From Chrysomallon squamiferum (taxonomy: Eukaryota > Animalia > Mollusca), in contig CM022665.1 of the NCBI GenBank assembly GCA_012295275.1, positions 1,178,001 through 1,242,000 on the forward strand: a stretch of DNA of 64,000 nt, given 5' to 3'. This document shows, in pieces, positions 26,701-40,421 of the stretch. Each line of letters starts with the position of its first letter. The stretch's first letter is position 1. A program made the translations under genes and the position numbers. A model generated the notes under the pieces. That model had not been told where the DNA came from and did not search any database. It saw nothing but the letters and a program-made list of their open reading frames with translations.

Positions 26701-29407
26701 ACTGGCATCTGCTATTATAAAACAGTCTCTTTCAAATGGAACAACATAACTATTATAAATTAAAAAAAAAAATCTATACAAATTTAACAGTTTACATCAC
26801 CTGTCGTATACTAAGAAATGAAGGGTCTTCAATGTGTTGTTCAAGTCTCAATCGCAAACACTCATGAATGACATCAAGTGGAATTCTGACAAGGAACAAA
26901 TAACTGGGCCGAAATGATGGCAAACCCATCCGCTCAAACTCCTCAGTCCAATCCCACTGTTCTGAGAAACTGCATTCATGATTGATCTCTGTGTAATCCT
27001 TGACTTCCGAGAAGAGTTCCAGGGATGGGGATGATGACAAGATCTTCTCATTAGGACATCTATCATCTGGAGATATCTAGTTGAAGAAAAGCTTTAAGTA
27101 ATACAAACCCCCCAAAAAACACATTTAAATAATTTTATAAAGAAACAGACATTTTGGTGAAAAAGTTTTTTATATTTAATAGTTAACTGATGCAATGCTG
27201 CAACAAAAAAGATATATATGAAATAAACAACCTAATAATAATAATTGGATGTAAAATCTTTGTTAATGACAAGAAAAGTAATCTTTTATTTATTCTTAAG
27301 TCTTGACAATCTCAATTATGGTTATAAATATGACTGCAAGTCAGTTTGTAAACTTTATCATTAATAAATTACTTAATACTTTCATTCTTTTTTTTTAAGG
27401 ATTTTGGGGAATCATCAACTAAACATTTTTAAAATCTGTTAAGCATTAAAATGAAAATTATGTTTCATGTATTTTAAATCAAAAGATTCTGATTTATCTA
27501 TTATCTTCTGTTAACAGAAATAAAAATCAAACTAGAGAAAATAACTCTTTAATAGCTTCATACCTTATTCACTGCTTGAGCATATGTATTAGAAGTAGAT
27601 GGTGGTTTCTGAAGGGCCTCTTTGGCTCTTTGCAATGATCTGTCCAGTAAATCCCTCAGTCTAATCACTAACCGATGCATGCCCATCTTCCTTAAAGACT
27701 TGTCCACAAAATGTCGATATACATGAACATGTGTTTTATTCAATTCCTCTAAGCTAGCAATACTTGAATCTCGTGAAAGACTTGTGGCAAATGACCCAAT
27801 ATTTCCTGGTTGTAGATGTCTATTGGGTGTTGAGGTATCTAGTGGGGGAGAACTACCTGTACTATTATCAGCAGTAAATGAAGCAGGAGAAGCTCTTTCA
27901 CTGTCTGAGCTGGCTGACACTACTGAAAATGTTACTTGTTTGCTCAGTTTGTACAGCTCATTTGACTCTGAACACTTTGTGGATTCATCTTGCACCTCAA
28001 CATCATCTTCTTCTTCTTCGGAAGTCACAGATGTTTCTAAAATATTTGGAATACTTGGCTTTGATGTAGACCTCGATTCTGAAACTCGAGGACTTTCATA
28101 ATCTATCATTGGCCAATCAAGACCATCTATATTATGCACTCCTAACACTCTACCAAGTAATTTCATCTTGTGACACAGATCTCTTGTGATATTCAACCAC
28201 AGACACAGTGATTTGACTCGCAATGAGAACTTTTCACTCCCATAAACTTCATTACTGACTGCAAATGCCTTTGAATGTGGGTAGAGTCTTTCACATTTGT
28301 CAAGTCTATCAAGCAACTGCTGAACCTTAAGAAGAGCTTCTCTTTGGCAGGAAACAATATCAGATGTCAGATTCAAAGACTGAAAAGATGCAGAGATACC
28401 AGGAGAGATTCTACCACAATCTTCAGATGGTCTATGGCTCTCAACATCTAGGTTGTCCTTATCAGCATAATGAGAACTCATATCACCAAATACACTGTCA
28501 TTATAAGTAGTTGAAGGCTCAGGATGGATATGACTGTGCAGCCTGAATTTTAGAATGGCATCCAGCACAGTGGGGACTTGCTGTCGTTGTTCCTCCAGAA
28601 GCTGCTGATGTTGCTCACGGGAACACTCATTGTTGTACCAAGCCTGTAACTGCAACCACAACAAGTCATTTTTCAACATCTCCTGTTCACAGCTCATTTG
28701 TCTCTTGTAGTTCACCATTTGCTTATCCTTGTCTTTTTTGTTCATTGATCCGAGGTTGATAAGGGTAGAGAAGAGTTTGTAGAACTCACTTCTTGTTTCA
28801 GGGCATTCAATTGGAATAGTAACTGTTCTTTCCAATTTATTGTGTGTTGGCACATATGGTGTAATAGGCTTTGGGCTTGAGTTTTGAGCACTGGTCCTAC
28901 CTGGTACTGGTATTAGGTGAGGTACTGACAATGCTTGAACAGGATCTGTGAAGTCATCAGATAATCTTTTAACATATCTTTCATGTCCACGAGATTTCGT
29001 TGTCACTTTCTTTGAATCACGATTTTCTCTTTTTTTTCGTTCTTTTTTCTCTCTCTTGATTTCACGTTCCAAATTATCATCTGAATCAGTCCCACTAACT
29101 TTGCAAAATGAAGGATTATCTCCATATTCCTCACGGATAACATTCACAACAGAACGTTGTTTTTTTGTCTTTGTCAAATAATGTTTATATTCTTTTGTGT
29201 ATTGCTGTTTACTTTTTAGATGCCTGTCTTTTTGTCTTCTTTCCTGACGAATACAAGGAGGAGTGCCATTACCATAGGCATGAATGTCCTCAGAATCCCT
29301 TTCATTGTCATCATCTTCTTGGAAGGTTCGCCTTAGACGAGGATGTAAGTTTTCTGAGAATTTTCTAAAAAAAGAACCAGTAAGGATTTTTATATATAAA
29401 TACATAC

Positions 29408-29440
<33 letters not shown>

Positions 29441-29451
29441 AACACAAAACA

Positions 29452-29495
<44 letters not shown>

Positions 29496-30880
29496 CCTAC
29501 AATCACAGTATTTTAATGGTTTCATCAATATCTATAATCTACTTTTAAAAGTAAATTCATGTCCCCCATTGTCCACACTAGACTGTGGTTGGTTCAAAAC
29601 ACTTTGAACCAACCAGTCCAAACACACACACACACACGTACACACACACAAACACACTGGACAATCAAAATTAGATCCACTTGGGACCAATGAAATATGC
29701 TGTTTTATACACAGTGCTAGTTTATAAAGATTAAAATGACATGAATTTGGAGTATGTTTTATTACAAATGTTACAGTTAAATGTCTATTGAATGTCAGCT
29801 GTTATAAATGACTGCCTTTTTTTTTCATACTTCTCTCCAAAGCAAACTCTTCCTTATGGCCTCCATATAAATTTTAAAAACTGTCTATATGTAATTCTGA
29901 TATTTTTTTTTTTTTTTTTTAATTGTTTTTTGAAAGAAAATATTATTATTTTTTTTAACTGAAAATAACTGTTTGAATCTTTGTACTTTATTATTATTAA
30001 TAATCTTCCATATTTAACACTGGTTGCAAAAGTCTGCTTTTGGTAGTAGCAGAAAAAAGTTTAATTTGTTTTATTATTTTAAAAACGTCAGTGTATGAAA
30101 GTTTGGGTGCATCATCAATCCATTCTGATTTTTTAATTTGCTGGTCATTAGGTTTTCTCTTTGCTGAAATCTTGGTTCCATACAACTGCCAATAATGGTC
30201 ACTGTTTTTTAAACTGCATAGATAAATATTTCTGTTTCACAGTAGAGTTGATGAAAACTCTTCTATTAATTTCACTTTAGATTGCAATGAAAGTTTGATA
30301 CATTACTGTTTTTTATGTTGCTCTTTTGGATGAATTCAATAAGACAATGCAAAATGTATTTATGCAGACTTCTGACACTAAATCTAAATGAGTGAATTCA
30401 TTTAGGATTGAATGTACACTAACAGTAATATTGTTCATTTAGTTGAATATAATCATTCTGCAGGGATCAGCCTTGGGAAGCACATTATTCCAATACATTT
30501 GATCATTTTGTAGAGACCACGCAGCCAGTGTGCCAAGTCTTTGAGGCTGACACAGGTTAACAGCTATATTATGGCTATGTTTATCTGAAACTCTCCTACT
30601 TTTGGCAGCCACTGAGCTTAGATCCTATTCTTTGTGTCTTATTCTCTCTTGCTGTGGCATTTCTGATTTAAGCAAACAGATACCTAATTAACGTAATACT
30701 GACTTTGTTTTTATTCAGATTGGTCAGTGAATCAATGGGATTTATGGGAAGAGCGTGGAGCCAAACAAGGTGGGCTTTATTGCTGTGGTCAGTGTTCACA
30801 TTTTGAGGCACTAAGGAGAGTATGCAGAGCAACCATGGCACTTGCTACTGGTGCCATGGTAAAATTTGAACCCTAAATAA

Positions 30881-30927
<47 letters not shown>

Positions 30928-33457
30928 TTTAATCTAGTGAGAAGAAGTTACTGTCAAAGGAACTTTCTGAATATTTTGGAAGTATGTTTTTTTTCTTGGC
31001 CAGGTAGGGTTAGAATATTAACCGTTGTCTTGTCATTTGGACTAAAGACATCACATTATTAAGAGGCACGAAACATTTTAAGTTAACCAAATTTCCTTTT
31101 GATGGATTTGAAGCAAAAACAGACTAAATTGACAATTTGCCTCATACACCCTCATGTATCATTTGCACATGCTAAGCATGAGTGTAATTCAATGCATGCC
31201 AATTTCAGCAATAAAAGGGATGAACATTTGTTTTCATCATCATTTTAAATTTGAAGAAGGTTTGCAAGACAGGGACACTGGCTGACATGATGGGACACAA
31301 GATGGACACACTCAAAGATCTAAAGATATGTCAAAGTGTCATCAGTAGACGCTTTAAGAGGTTCAGGATAACTAATTATGTTTAAAATCACTCCTGTTCT
31401 GGAAGACCATGATCAACAGCATTGTGTGACTGCACAGCGTCTTTGTGATCAACTCAGAACTGCTACAGGCAAGAATACGTCTAACAAGACCAAGATTTGC
31501 AATATCAGCATCCTGTAATCTGACAACAGCTACTTTCCTATCATAGAAGGGCTTGTCTTCATTGGTGCATCATTTTTTTGGGGTGGGGTGCATGACTTTC
31601 TCCATCTTGGTAGTAAACTAGTTTCCAAGCAAAGGTTTTTTTCATTTTTGTTTGTTTTCTGGTTTTGAGACATCAAATAATTTGTCATTAATTGTTACAA
31701 TTTTAGCATATTAGCTTAATTTTATTTGCACAAATATTTCTGACTTAACTTCTTTTGAGTAGTGCATATGCATGTATGTATTAGGGTTCATGGTTGAGGG
31801 TTATGTGGGCAAAATATCACTCTTTTATACTAAAATTTGCAAAGTTGTAAGTTGCCTTTATTGCTTTCAGTCACAAGAAGACAATCTAAAGATCATTATG
31901 AGAGCCTCACTGAAACTTTTTAATGACAACAAACATCATTCAGTTATTTGATTCAGTCTATGACTAAGTACTACAGACAGACGTGATCAGCTATAAAATA
32001 GCTGCCAAACTGCACTACTGTTGTAATTAGAGATTATTCTTTTAAATTGTATACAAATTAAATTAACTGAGATGGATATGATAAATGTCTGCACATAATT
32101 ATATTAACGCTACAGATTACAATTTACAAAACTATTCAAGAAGGTATCCTTGACACAAGGTGCTAGGCTGCAATTATAAAGAAACAAGAGAATACAAAGT
32201 GTTTAATATTTTTACCACTAAAAGAAATGTTGTGTACTAGTGCCTGTCTCAACAGTATACTGTAAAAGGATTTTTTCAACAAAAATCAAATTTTAGAACA
32301 TGAATGAGGCTCTCTGAGAATGGGCCACACATTGTTTGTTATGATTTCAGTAAGGCTCTGTAAAGCTGTAAGTAAGATGAAATTTGAAAAATGTATAGTC
32401 ACTGATCACCCAAGTACCTAACTGTTTGCTGTTGTGTACAAAGATCTGTGTTGTGTTTAAATAAATATTTGGTACTTTCAACACATTTGGTTTATTGTCT
32501 CATTTCCTCTTTACAAATCCTCATTTCTTCCAAATGTGTCTATATATATATATATAAATATTGCTTGTTTTTTAATATTAAGTAGTTGGATGCCAGCAGA
32601 TACTTCAATATTTTAAATTTTCAAATTATATTGCATTAATAATTATCCTATGATCTGTTTAATCTATATGAAATGCTTTGAAAACCCACTGAAAATAAAA
32701 TACTTTTCAATTAATGCAAGCCATTAATCTAACATGTTCACTTGTTGTACTGTGGAGTTTAAATGACACACAGGCAGAAAAACTGAATATTATTCTAAGT
32801 TATAGAAAGAAAAAATATGAAAATGTAGAACATTCCAGAATGCTTTTAAACACTAAAACAGCATTTATTATACTATTTTATTTTTTACTATACATTTTAC
32901 AGATTAAACATTTTATTACAGTTTTTGTTTAAAAGAATAATGCTTTTAGTATTAATTAAAAAGAGTTAAATAAATAAATAACAGTTGTTATTATTTATTT
33001 ATTTAACCTTTTGTGTAGCTATTTCTGTATGACTAAAAACTTTCTGTCAACAGAAAGAAAAGGAATTATTATAATCTGAAAACTGGCTGAAATACCGAAA
33101 CAGTTCAAAACTGTTTTCTTGAGTTTTAAATTTTAAATTCATAATAATTAAGTTTTTAAGTTATTTCATAACTTTCTTCAAATGTCGGTTGTCTTTCAAG
33201 TTGAAAAAGAACAATCAGGATTACGCCGATTACGGATTTGTCAATTTAGTGTGCAGCAAGTTTACTTTAACTAGTTTAAGTCAAAGAAGATGCACAGTCT
33301 GCATGCATTTAATAGCATACTCTTCATTTCACAATGCATATTTTGGAGCAATTTAAAGTGCACAAAACTATGAGGTAAATGCTTACGTATTTTCCTTGCA
33401 CATCTCATAATCTTCGATTGGGGATCCAGATAAATTAACATCTTCGTCTTCCGCCAT
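15445..33457 (-). CDS. MAP3K4: Mitogen-activated protein kinase kinase kinase 4 (MEKK4/MTK1), ~1642 aa
   Basis: 22 exons, all GT-AG and in phase (4929 nt): 33457-33387, 29364-27564, 27076-26801, 26184-26026, 25715-25558, 25064-24876, 24629-24530, 23964-23881, 23414-23124, 22489-22340, 21628-21467, 21265-21132, 20794-20713, 20292-20211, 20085-19882, 19174-18977, 18599-18529, 18299-18023, 17629-17510, 16799-16693, 16025-15846, 15477-15445. The C-terminal STE11-type kinase has [47 protein letters not shown] and [20 protein letters not shown]4-specific N-terminal blocks include [30 protein letters not shown] and [18 protein letters not shown]. Confidence 0.95.
17664..17709. repeat. (AAT)n microsatellite
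   Basis: Direct reading. Confidence 0.9.
24029..24338. mobile_element. 310-bp MITE of the Tc1/mariner-pogo superfamily, in MAP3K4 intron 7
   Basis: TIRs CAGGTACCAGACCAATTATCTGG / CCGGATAATTGGTCCGGTACCTG (21/23 match), flanked by TA on both sides (24027-28 and 24339-40). Confidence 0.85.
26269..26550. mobile_element. Degenerate TIR element in MAP3K4 intron 3
   Basis: GGTCATTCTATGACAACTCAACCA vs reverse complement of the right end, GATCATTCCATATCAGAACAACCA (17/24). Confidence 0.4.
29400..29493. repeat. Compound (TACA)n/(TA)n/(CA)n microsatellite
   Basis: Direct reading; it accounts for the spurious N-terminal CVCV stretch of the 656-aa ORF. Confidence 0.9.
30790..30875. mobile_element. ~85-bp mini TIR element with internal hairpin
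   Basis: Ends CAGTGTTCACATTTT vs reverse complement TAGGGTTCAAATTTT (12/15); internal 10-bp perfect stem ACCATGGCAC...GTGCCATGGT. Confidence 0.5.
30882..30924. repeat. (TG)n microsatellite
   Basis: Direct reading. Confidence 0.9.
30940..31766 (+). mobile_element. Degenerate Tc1-like transposon relic in MAP3K4 intron 1
   Basis: 31329-31490 translates, with stops and a deletion, as [28 protein letters not shown] ... [22 protein letters not shown], matching the Tc1 paired-like HTH/GRPR region. The right end CTTAACTTCTTTTGAGTAGTG looks like a Tc1 TIR. The left TIR is only weakly discernible (AAGAAGTTA). Confidence 0.65.
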
Positions 33458-33460
33458 CTT
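33451..33460 (-). promoter_or_regulatory. YY1-type motif overlapping the MAP3K4 start codon
   Basis: Minus-strand AAGATGGCGG (plus-strand CCGCCATCTT) matches the YY1 consensus CCGCCATNTT. Confidence 0.45.
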
Positions 33461-36400
33461 TGGAATGCACGTATTAATGTAGGTGCATCAAGCGAGACAA
33501 CTCTAAACTAAAATTAAACCCGTTTGACGCAAAACACTGCAGGTGCTTGACGCACGTAACATTGTTACAATGTCAAGTAGCTTATATTATTTCATTTTTC
33601 ATGTTTTTGTGACATAAAAGGTTTAACGCATAATGACCGCGTCGAATGAGAAATAGTGGAAAATGCGGTCCATCAAACAAAGCCACATGTTCACAAGATA
33701 CATAAATTTGGCCTTTTTCCTATTAAAGTATTTTAGTAATTGTACAAGGCGTTTATATTTGGGCTTTTTTCTTCTTTTTTTCCTTTTTATTTATTTTATT
33801 ATTATTTTTTTCTTCTTCTTATTTTTTTTTTGCTACTTAATATAACTATATTATGTGGCAACGTTTACACACACACACACACACACACACTGATTCTTTT
33901 TAAATCACATATACACACACATATATAATATATAAACAATAAAGAAAGAAAGAAAAACAAGAGAAAAGAAAGATTGTCTCCGAATCAGAATGAATTTTCT
34001 GTGTAACTAAACGTGCTTCAGAACACTGCCATATTGTTTTAACGACAAATGTTTGCATAAATTTTCATAATTTCCTCATCACACACACACACACACACAC
34101 ACACTTTTTAATTTATTTAGGCTATTTTTATTATTTTTCATTATTTCATTTATTTATTTACTTTAGTTTATTTACATTATTACTTTTAAACTATTTTTTA
34201 TTAATTCGGTTTATTTTCTGCGTCATCCAGGTTAAACAGTCAGGTGGCAGTGCAAAAAATAAAATATAAGACTGAGTCCCCATAGTTGCACCTGAGTCTG
34301 CGATGTGTTGAAATGTCCAGTATAATCTTATAATATAAAATTAGTTCTTCCTCTTTAAATATTTATTTTCTGTATCATAATCACAGTTATCTATTATTCT
34401 ATAATTTATAATTATATTTTTTTGCTTCTTTCAGTTATATAACAGAAAAATAATGTATTTTTTTTTCTAACAAAATGTACAAATTGTTTATTATTATTGT
34501 TTTTGTTGTTGCTGTTGTTTTACCAATAATATACAACATCTAACTGACCGTTAAAAGAGTCTTAATTTATTTATTTTATCGTATATATCTACCTTTTTCG
34601 TATATTATAATGTAACTTTTAGTTTAATAAATTCCGGTGCTTGTTGAACAACCTAATCGATAACGTCATTTTCACGAATCATCTCAATAATATTTAATGT
34701 TGTTTATACTGATAGGTAAAGTCTTCAGTATACAATAGTTGTGTCAAACCTGCAGTGAAATCTGGAATATGATAAATAGGTGAATAAAGTATTTTTTACA
34801 TTATTTGAAAGCTCAGAAGGATGTCAACAGCAGTTGTGACGTAACAGAGAAGTTTAGTAGGGGAGGCAAAAGTGCATTGACAACAAAAACAGTTATCAGT
34901 TTCTTAACACTAGGAAATGTGGGGGTGGGGGAAATGGACGCTTGTTGTGTGGTGATGATAAAAGAAACCAAACAAGATTTAAAGCTTTACAAAACAAAGT
35001 GTTCTAAAATCTGTGACAGGTGCAGATATTTCATCCGTCTCTGTGCTTAAATGATTAGTTTTACTTAAGAAAAACTTGTATTTTTCATTAGATTGATACA
35101 GATATACGCAAGTGAATATGTCAAAAAGATGTTGCTATGTATGAGGCTATATTTGTTTGAGAGTGTGGTACATTTGTTTCTAGCCTTACTTGTTAAAGGT
35201 GTGTGTTGTTTTTTGAGATTCAGTCACAAAGTAGGCAATCTCAGTTTGCCGGTTTTATTTAGCGCAGTCTGTTTTATGCTATCAGACCGAATAAAAATGT
35301 CTGAAACATTTCTTTACTCATTACAGCTTATATTAGGACATCTGATAGATTTGTTATACTCATTTTCTTCTTTCTTTCTTTCTTTTTTTTTTTTTTCCTG
35401 GCAAAGGTGGCTCGCAGATAGTACGCTTTTAACCGCAATGCAAACGAGCATTCGCTTTAACTTTTCCAATCATCGTTGATATATGGGACTACCCGGGGCA
35501 TGAGGTGGGCCATGTTATCGTTGAAGATTGCTGTGCAGTCACTTACAGTGATATGTGATCACATATTACAAAGCGCCGCTATCGCAGCTACAAAGGTGAT
35601 CCTTTCAAGAAAAATATACGGACGATCACAAAATAAACGATTAAGATAACAGGGAATATTTGCATCGCGTGCAAAGTTATCACTACTCGTCAGATCTCTA
35701 CTCGCCTGCAACAGGCTCCGGTTATAACAGTTGTGGAATCTTACAAATTGAAATAACTTGTAACAAGGTAAAGAGTAGTGCACTCAAAGACCGATTCCAG
35801 ATAAATCTGGTTTTACGAATACTGAAAATAAACTTGGAATAACAGAGATTACGTATGTAATAGTTTCAGAATAAATATATTCAGAACAATGTTTTACTTT
35901 GTTGTCACTGATGGCAGTATTTTGAGAAGACAATTATGTTATAAACATTTTATTTATTTATTTATTATTTTTATTATTTATGTATTTATTTTATTTTATT
36001 TTATTTTATTTTATTTTAGTCTACTGTTTGAAAATGAATTCGTGATGTCATTAAAAAGATATTTCTGAGCTGTTACTGCTAGCGTATTATTTGTTTTGCA
36101 GGCTTTTTATTAATTTTTCCTTTTCTTTTTCGAACATTATATGGCTTTAATTTAAAGAACACACCACTACTACTAATAATAATAAAATGAAGAAGATGAC
36201 AACAATATTGAGGATGATCACGTCGATGACAATAATGATAATGATAATGACGCAACTTGCCACACTGAACATAATTTTAAATGCAGAAATAATAATAAAC
36301 ACGACTTCTGTAGGTTTCTTCAACACAGTCACACAACTTCATTGCCACAGAATATTTCTGTTAACTTCTGTGAATAAATATTTTGTTTAGGGATATCATC

Positions 36401-37913
36401 AAATCTAATTATCTTTTTTTCACTTTTTATTTGGATATTAAAATTTAATTAAGGCGATAAACATTAAGCTGAGATGAGATAGGTGCGGGAATAAATAATC
36501 TTTGGTGTACCCTCTGTACCAAAAGTCTTGGTACGTGCTGTTAAGTCTATAGGTAGCTGTAGTATGCTGTTAATCGGTAAGAAATTGGCGTCCCAAAGAT
36601 TAGCGGCTGTGTTTGTTTTTTTTTTTTTTTATCTATCATTACAAACTGAAGTTAGTTCTTAAGTGTGACTACAGCTCATCTAAATATATGGCGAGGGGTT
36701 ATTGATAAAATAATGACAACAAAGATTCGTTTATATGTTCCAACATTTATTGCTTTGGTTTCATAAATAAGTATAACACAAACTATACAATATTTAATTA
36801 ACCTTAAAACATAGGTTTTTGTCGAACAAAATTATAGCACTTTATAAAGAAAAGGTGTGCTAGTAAGCTGTATGGGAGGAGAAGTCAAAGTTTGTACTTG
36901 TTAATTACTGTATTCCTCCCACCCATATAATGTATGTATAGAAATTAGAAATTTATGCAATATACATCTTTCAGTTTTTCTCAATTTACCACTTATTAAC
37001 TTATGTTTATCATGATTTCGTCTTCGTATGATTATAGACATGTGTGCATGTGTATGTGTATTTGTTTTGATTGGAGTATACATATTTATTTTATATATCT
37101 ACATACATATTTATGTATACTTATATGTAAGTACGTACGTTTAATGGATGCATATGTATGCATTTGTTTGTCTATATATTCATATACATGCGTGTCTTTG
37201 TATGTAGTTATCCTTAGATATGTGCGTGTTTGTTTAAACCTGTACTGGCACTGTTATGTGTGGCTGTACGTGTGAACATTAGTTTTTAGCAGATAATATA
37301 TTTATTTCCTACGATTAAAACTATTAGTAAAATTATTCTTTACAAAATTATTATACATATAATTCTAAATACAAAGAAACCTAATCATATAGATTACAGT
37401 CTTATACACATATTGCTACAACACAATTAAAACAGTAAAATATATCAAACATCATTATATACATATTTAATGCCAGTATTAGTTATTACTAACAAAAAAA
37501 ATATTATTAACTAGTACATGGCAGTGTTTCATAGAGACAACGTAGATGAAACATAATTACCTATGCAACCATGATTTATATCAGTTTGAAAATAGTGATA
37601 AAGTCTCACTTTAAAGGGGAGAACAATTTCTAACAAACTGCTGCATAAATTTGAAAAAGACAAAAGACACTGAATTATTTGTACACTTTTATAATACGTC
37701 TTCCTTTTATTGTTTTCTTCATTGCTACAATGCCATTTACACACACACATATATATATATATTTGTTTTGTTCTGTCAGTTTTAACCCGTTGTAATAATT
37801 GTTTACTAACATTATTAAATTGAAGAATTGTCAGATAATAATCTATAAACTCAGGTCGTTCTGTAACATTCCAAATTTGTGCAAAAATAAATAGAAAAAT
37901 AATTAATTAATTA

Positions 37914-37916
37914 ATA

Positions 37917-37971
<55 letters not shown>

Positions 37972-38034
37972 AAATAATATAATAATAATAATAAAATAAT
38001 AATAATAATATAATAATAATAGTAATAATAATAA
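37914..38034. repeat. Imperfect (AAT)n microsatellite
   Basis: Direct reading. Confidence 0.9.
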
Positions 38035-40421
38035 ATACTATTTCCACTACTCAGCAGTTTATCTAGGGTCAATAGAGCCCATGTGAAATAATTTTAACCA
38101 TAAAATGGGCCTCCAGTTTCTGCTAGGACAAGTCCCCACCCTGCTTACTCCACTGGTAGACAGTGAGACTTTACCAAAAATAATACAAACCATTGTATGC
38201 CTTCAGCTACAGTATCACTCGAAGGGCGGGGAGAGGGAGAAATAACTTTAAATAATAATAATAATAATAAAATACAAAATATAGATATTGTTCTTTTTGT
38301 TTTCTCTATTTGTTTGTTTATTATTTTTAATTAAATAAAGTAAATAAGAAATAAAAAAGAATTGTCGAGTATTATCTCTCCCTGAAGTCTACATAGATAT
38401 ACATGAAAACCACATACCCGTATTGAAGTAGAGGATACATATGGCGTCACACTTCGAGGTCACATTACAGGTTATAATGTACAAAATGTCTGATCAAAGA
38501 ACGGGTGAAAAAAAAAAGTAATAATAAATAAAATAAAATAAAATAATAAAATAACGCACTCTCGCGTACATCTAACCAACAACAGCAATTCTATTGATTA
38601 CTGTCCGATCTGCCTTAAAAATTGCTATTAATTTGTTTTCGTTAAATCCTAACTGTCTGCAGTTTCTGTTTCTTTGTTGAAACTACGGTTTTCTTTTTAC
38701 TTTTTGTAAAACAGTTAAACCCATTCATTTAAAGCTTTCTGCTGTGATGTGCGTTTCCTATAAAATATAAAATGTGTTTGAAAGAAATGGACCATGAACC
38801 ATACCCGTGTAAACCAAAACTTCAGTGTAATAATTGAAAACCTTCTTCCACGATCACTCACCAAAACTTTCAATACATTATAATAGCAACCTCTAGAAAC
38901 AGAGGTAAAAAGAAATAAAAATTCATCTCGTAACTGAATGAACCTTATTCCGAATGGAGAACTTACTGTCCAGTAATATTTGAAGTCACACTTTCTATGA
39001 GACGCCATTTTTTTTAGGATAGAATTTTTTGTACGATTTTATAACTCAGCCTCGATCTTCCTGGTAAAATATGTAAATATTAACGAAAAAATCTGTAATT
39101 TTATTTAATTTATTTATTAGTAATATTTTGTATATAATATTTAAGCATTTAGAACAATCTCGAATCATTCGGAATGAGGTTACTCTTTTATGAATTGAAA
39201 CATCATCACAATCACCATTCGCCGACAAGTCGTTAAATATAACCTCACCGCACTGTGACAGTAGATTTCATGCTTTTTAATATTCAAAAACTAAACTATA
39301 ATTAATTTCTCAACAACTGTTAACTTAACTGTCTTTTTTTCTATTACGTATATAAGAGATGTAACACAAATCACAAAATAACAAGGCTTGGTACTTACAT
39401 AAACCGCGTATCTGTAAGACCGGAAATATCATATGCCTTTAAGCATGGTGCAAGATTACAGAACATTTATGAAACCATATGGCTTTAGATTATCATATTC
39501 AACCAAACAGTTGCCTTAGAAATTAACCTTTTAAATTTGTTTTAATTTTTTTCCTCCGTGTTTGATATAGGGAAATGTTCTCAGTGATGTTTGGGCAAAA
39601 TGATCTTTCAAATGTATAACTGAGTAACCAAAAAAGTAAATACTGTTTCTGACAACAATGCACATCTTTATAATGTATTAATTTTAACTATATACATGTA
39701 TGCAGTTTCGTTTACATAAATGAGGTATACATAAAATGAAAATCTGGCACAAACGTCTCTCTCCAGTATTTGGAAACAAAATCACATAATTCAATATGAA
39801 CACAACACCAAAATAAAAAATAAATACACCTGGTATTAGTAAACGAGTATCGACCCAGGTTATACCCGAAAATTAAAACGTCCAACTGGGCTATTTCTTT
39901 TGAACACCTTTCTTAATTATTAAATTATTAGCCCAACTATAAAGCAGATAAACAATGTTTTACGGCATTAATTTTAATCTTAACTACCATCCAGTTGATT
40001 GCGAAAATAAAAAAGTGTTGTTTTTGTAATTCTGCAAGCAGTTTATAAATGATAGCTGTTCAGTCACGAATTAAAGATCTGTCTTTTCGAGTAAATTTTG
40101 CCGTCTTTTCAAGACAGATCACATTTTAATACAGCACTTCTATGCTCTGCCCATTAACAAACATAACGAATTATTTCGTTCGTAAAGAACAATCTTGTCT
40201 TAAAATATCTGACAACAACAGTGAAAAAAGAAGAAGAAAGAAGCATTTTATGGAATATGTAACAAAACAATGAGGTATCGTTGTTATATTACATAAATAA
40301 ATTTAAATCAGTATACCCATGGTGGAGTTGCCCTTCCTGTGAGTGTAGAACTCTTCTGGGCTGGTTTTTATTTTTCCTGCGATTCATTAACGGTTCGTGA
40401 TTTTTCCAGAGAAAAACCGGA

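Noticed and set aside
27784-29607. Antisense ORFs over MAP3K4 exon 2, and the N-terminal 55 aa of the 656-aa ORF
   Set aside because: Shadow frames of a coding exon. The real exon starts at the AG acceptor (29364), and the upstream part is intronic microsatellite.
29997-30185. 62-aa protein-like ORF in MAP3K4 intron 1 (possible TE protein fragment or alternative exon)
   Set aside because: No clear splice sites or recognisable motif. It may be a decayed transposon, but I cannot support that without BLASTX.
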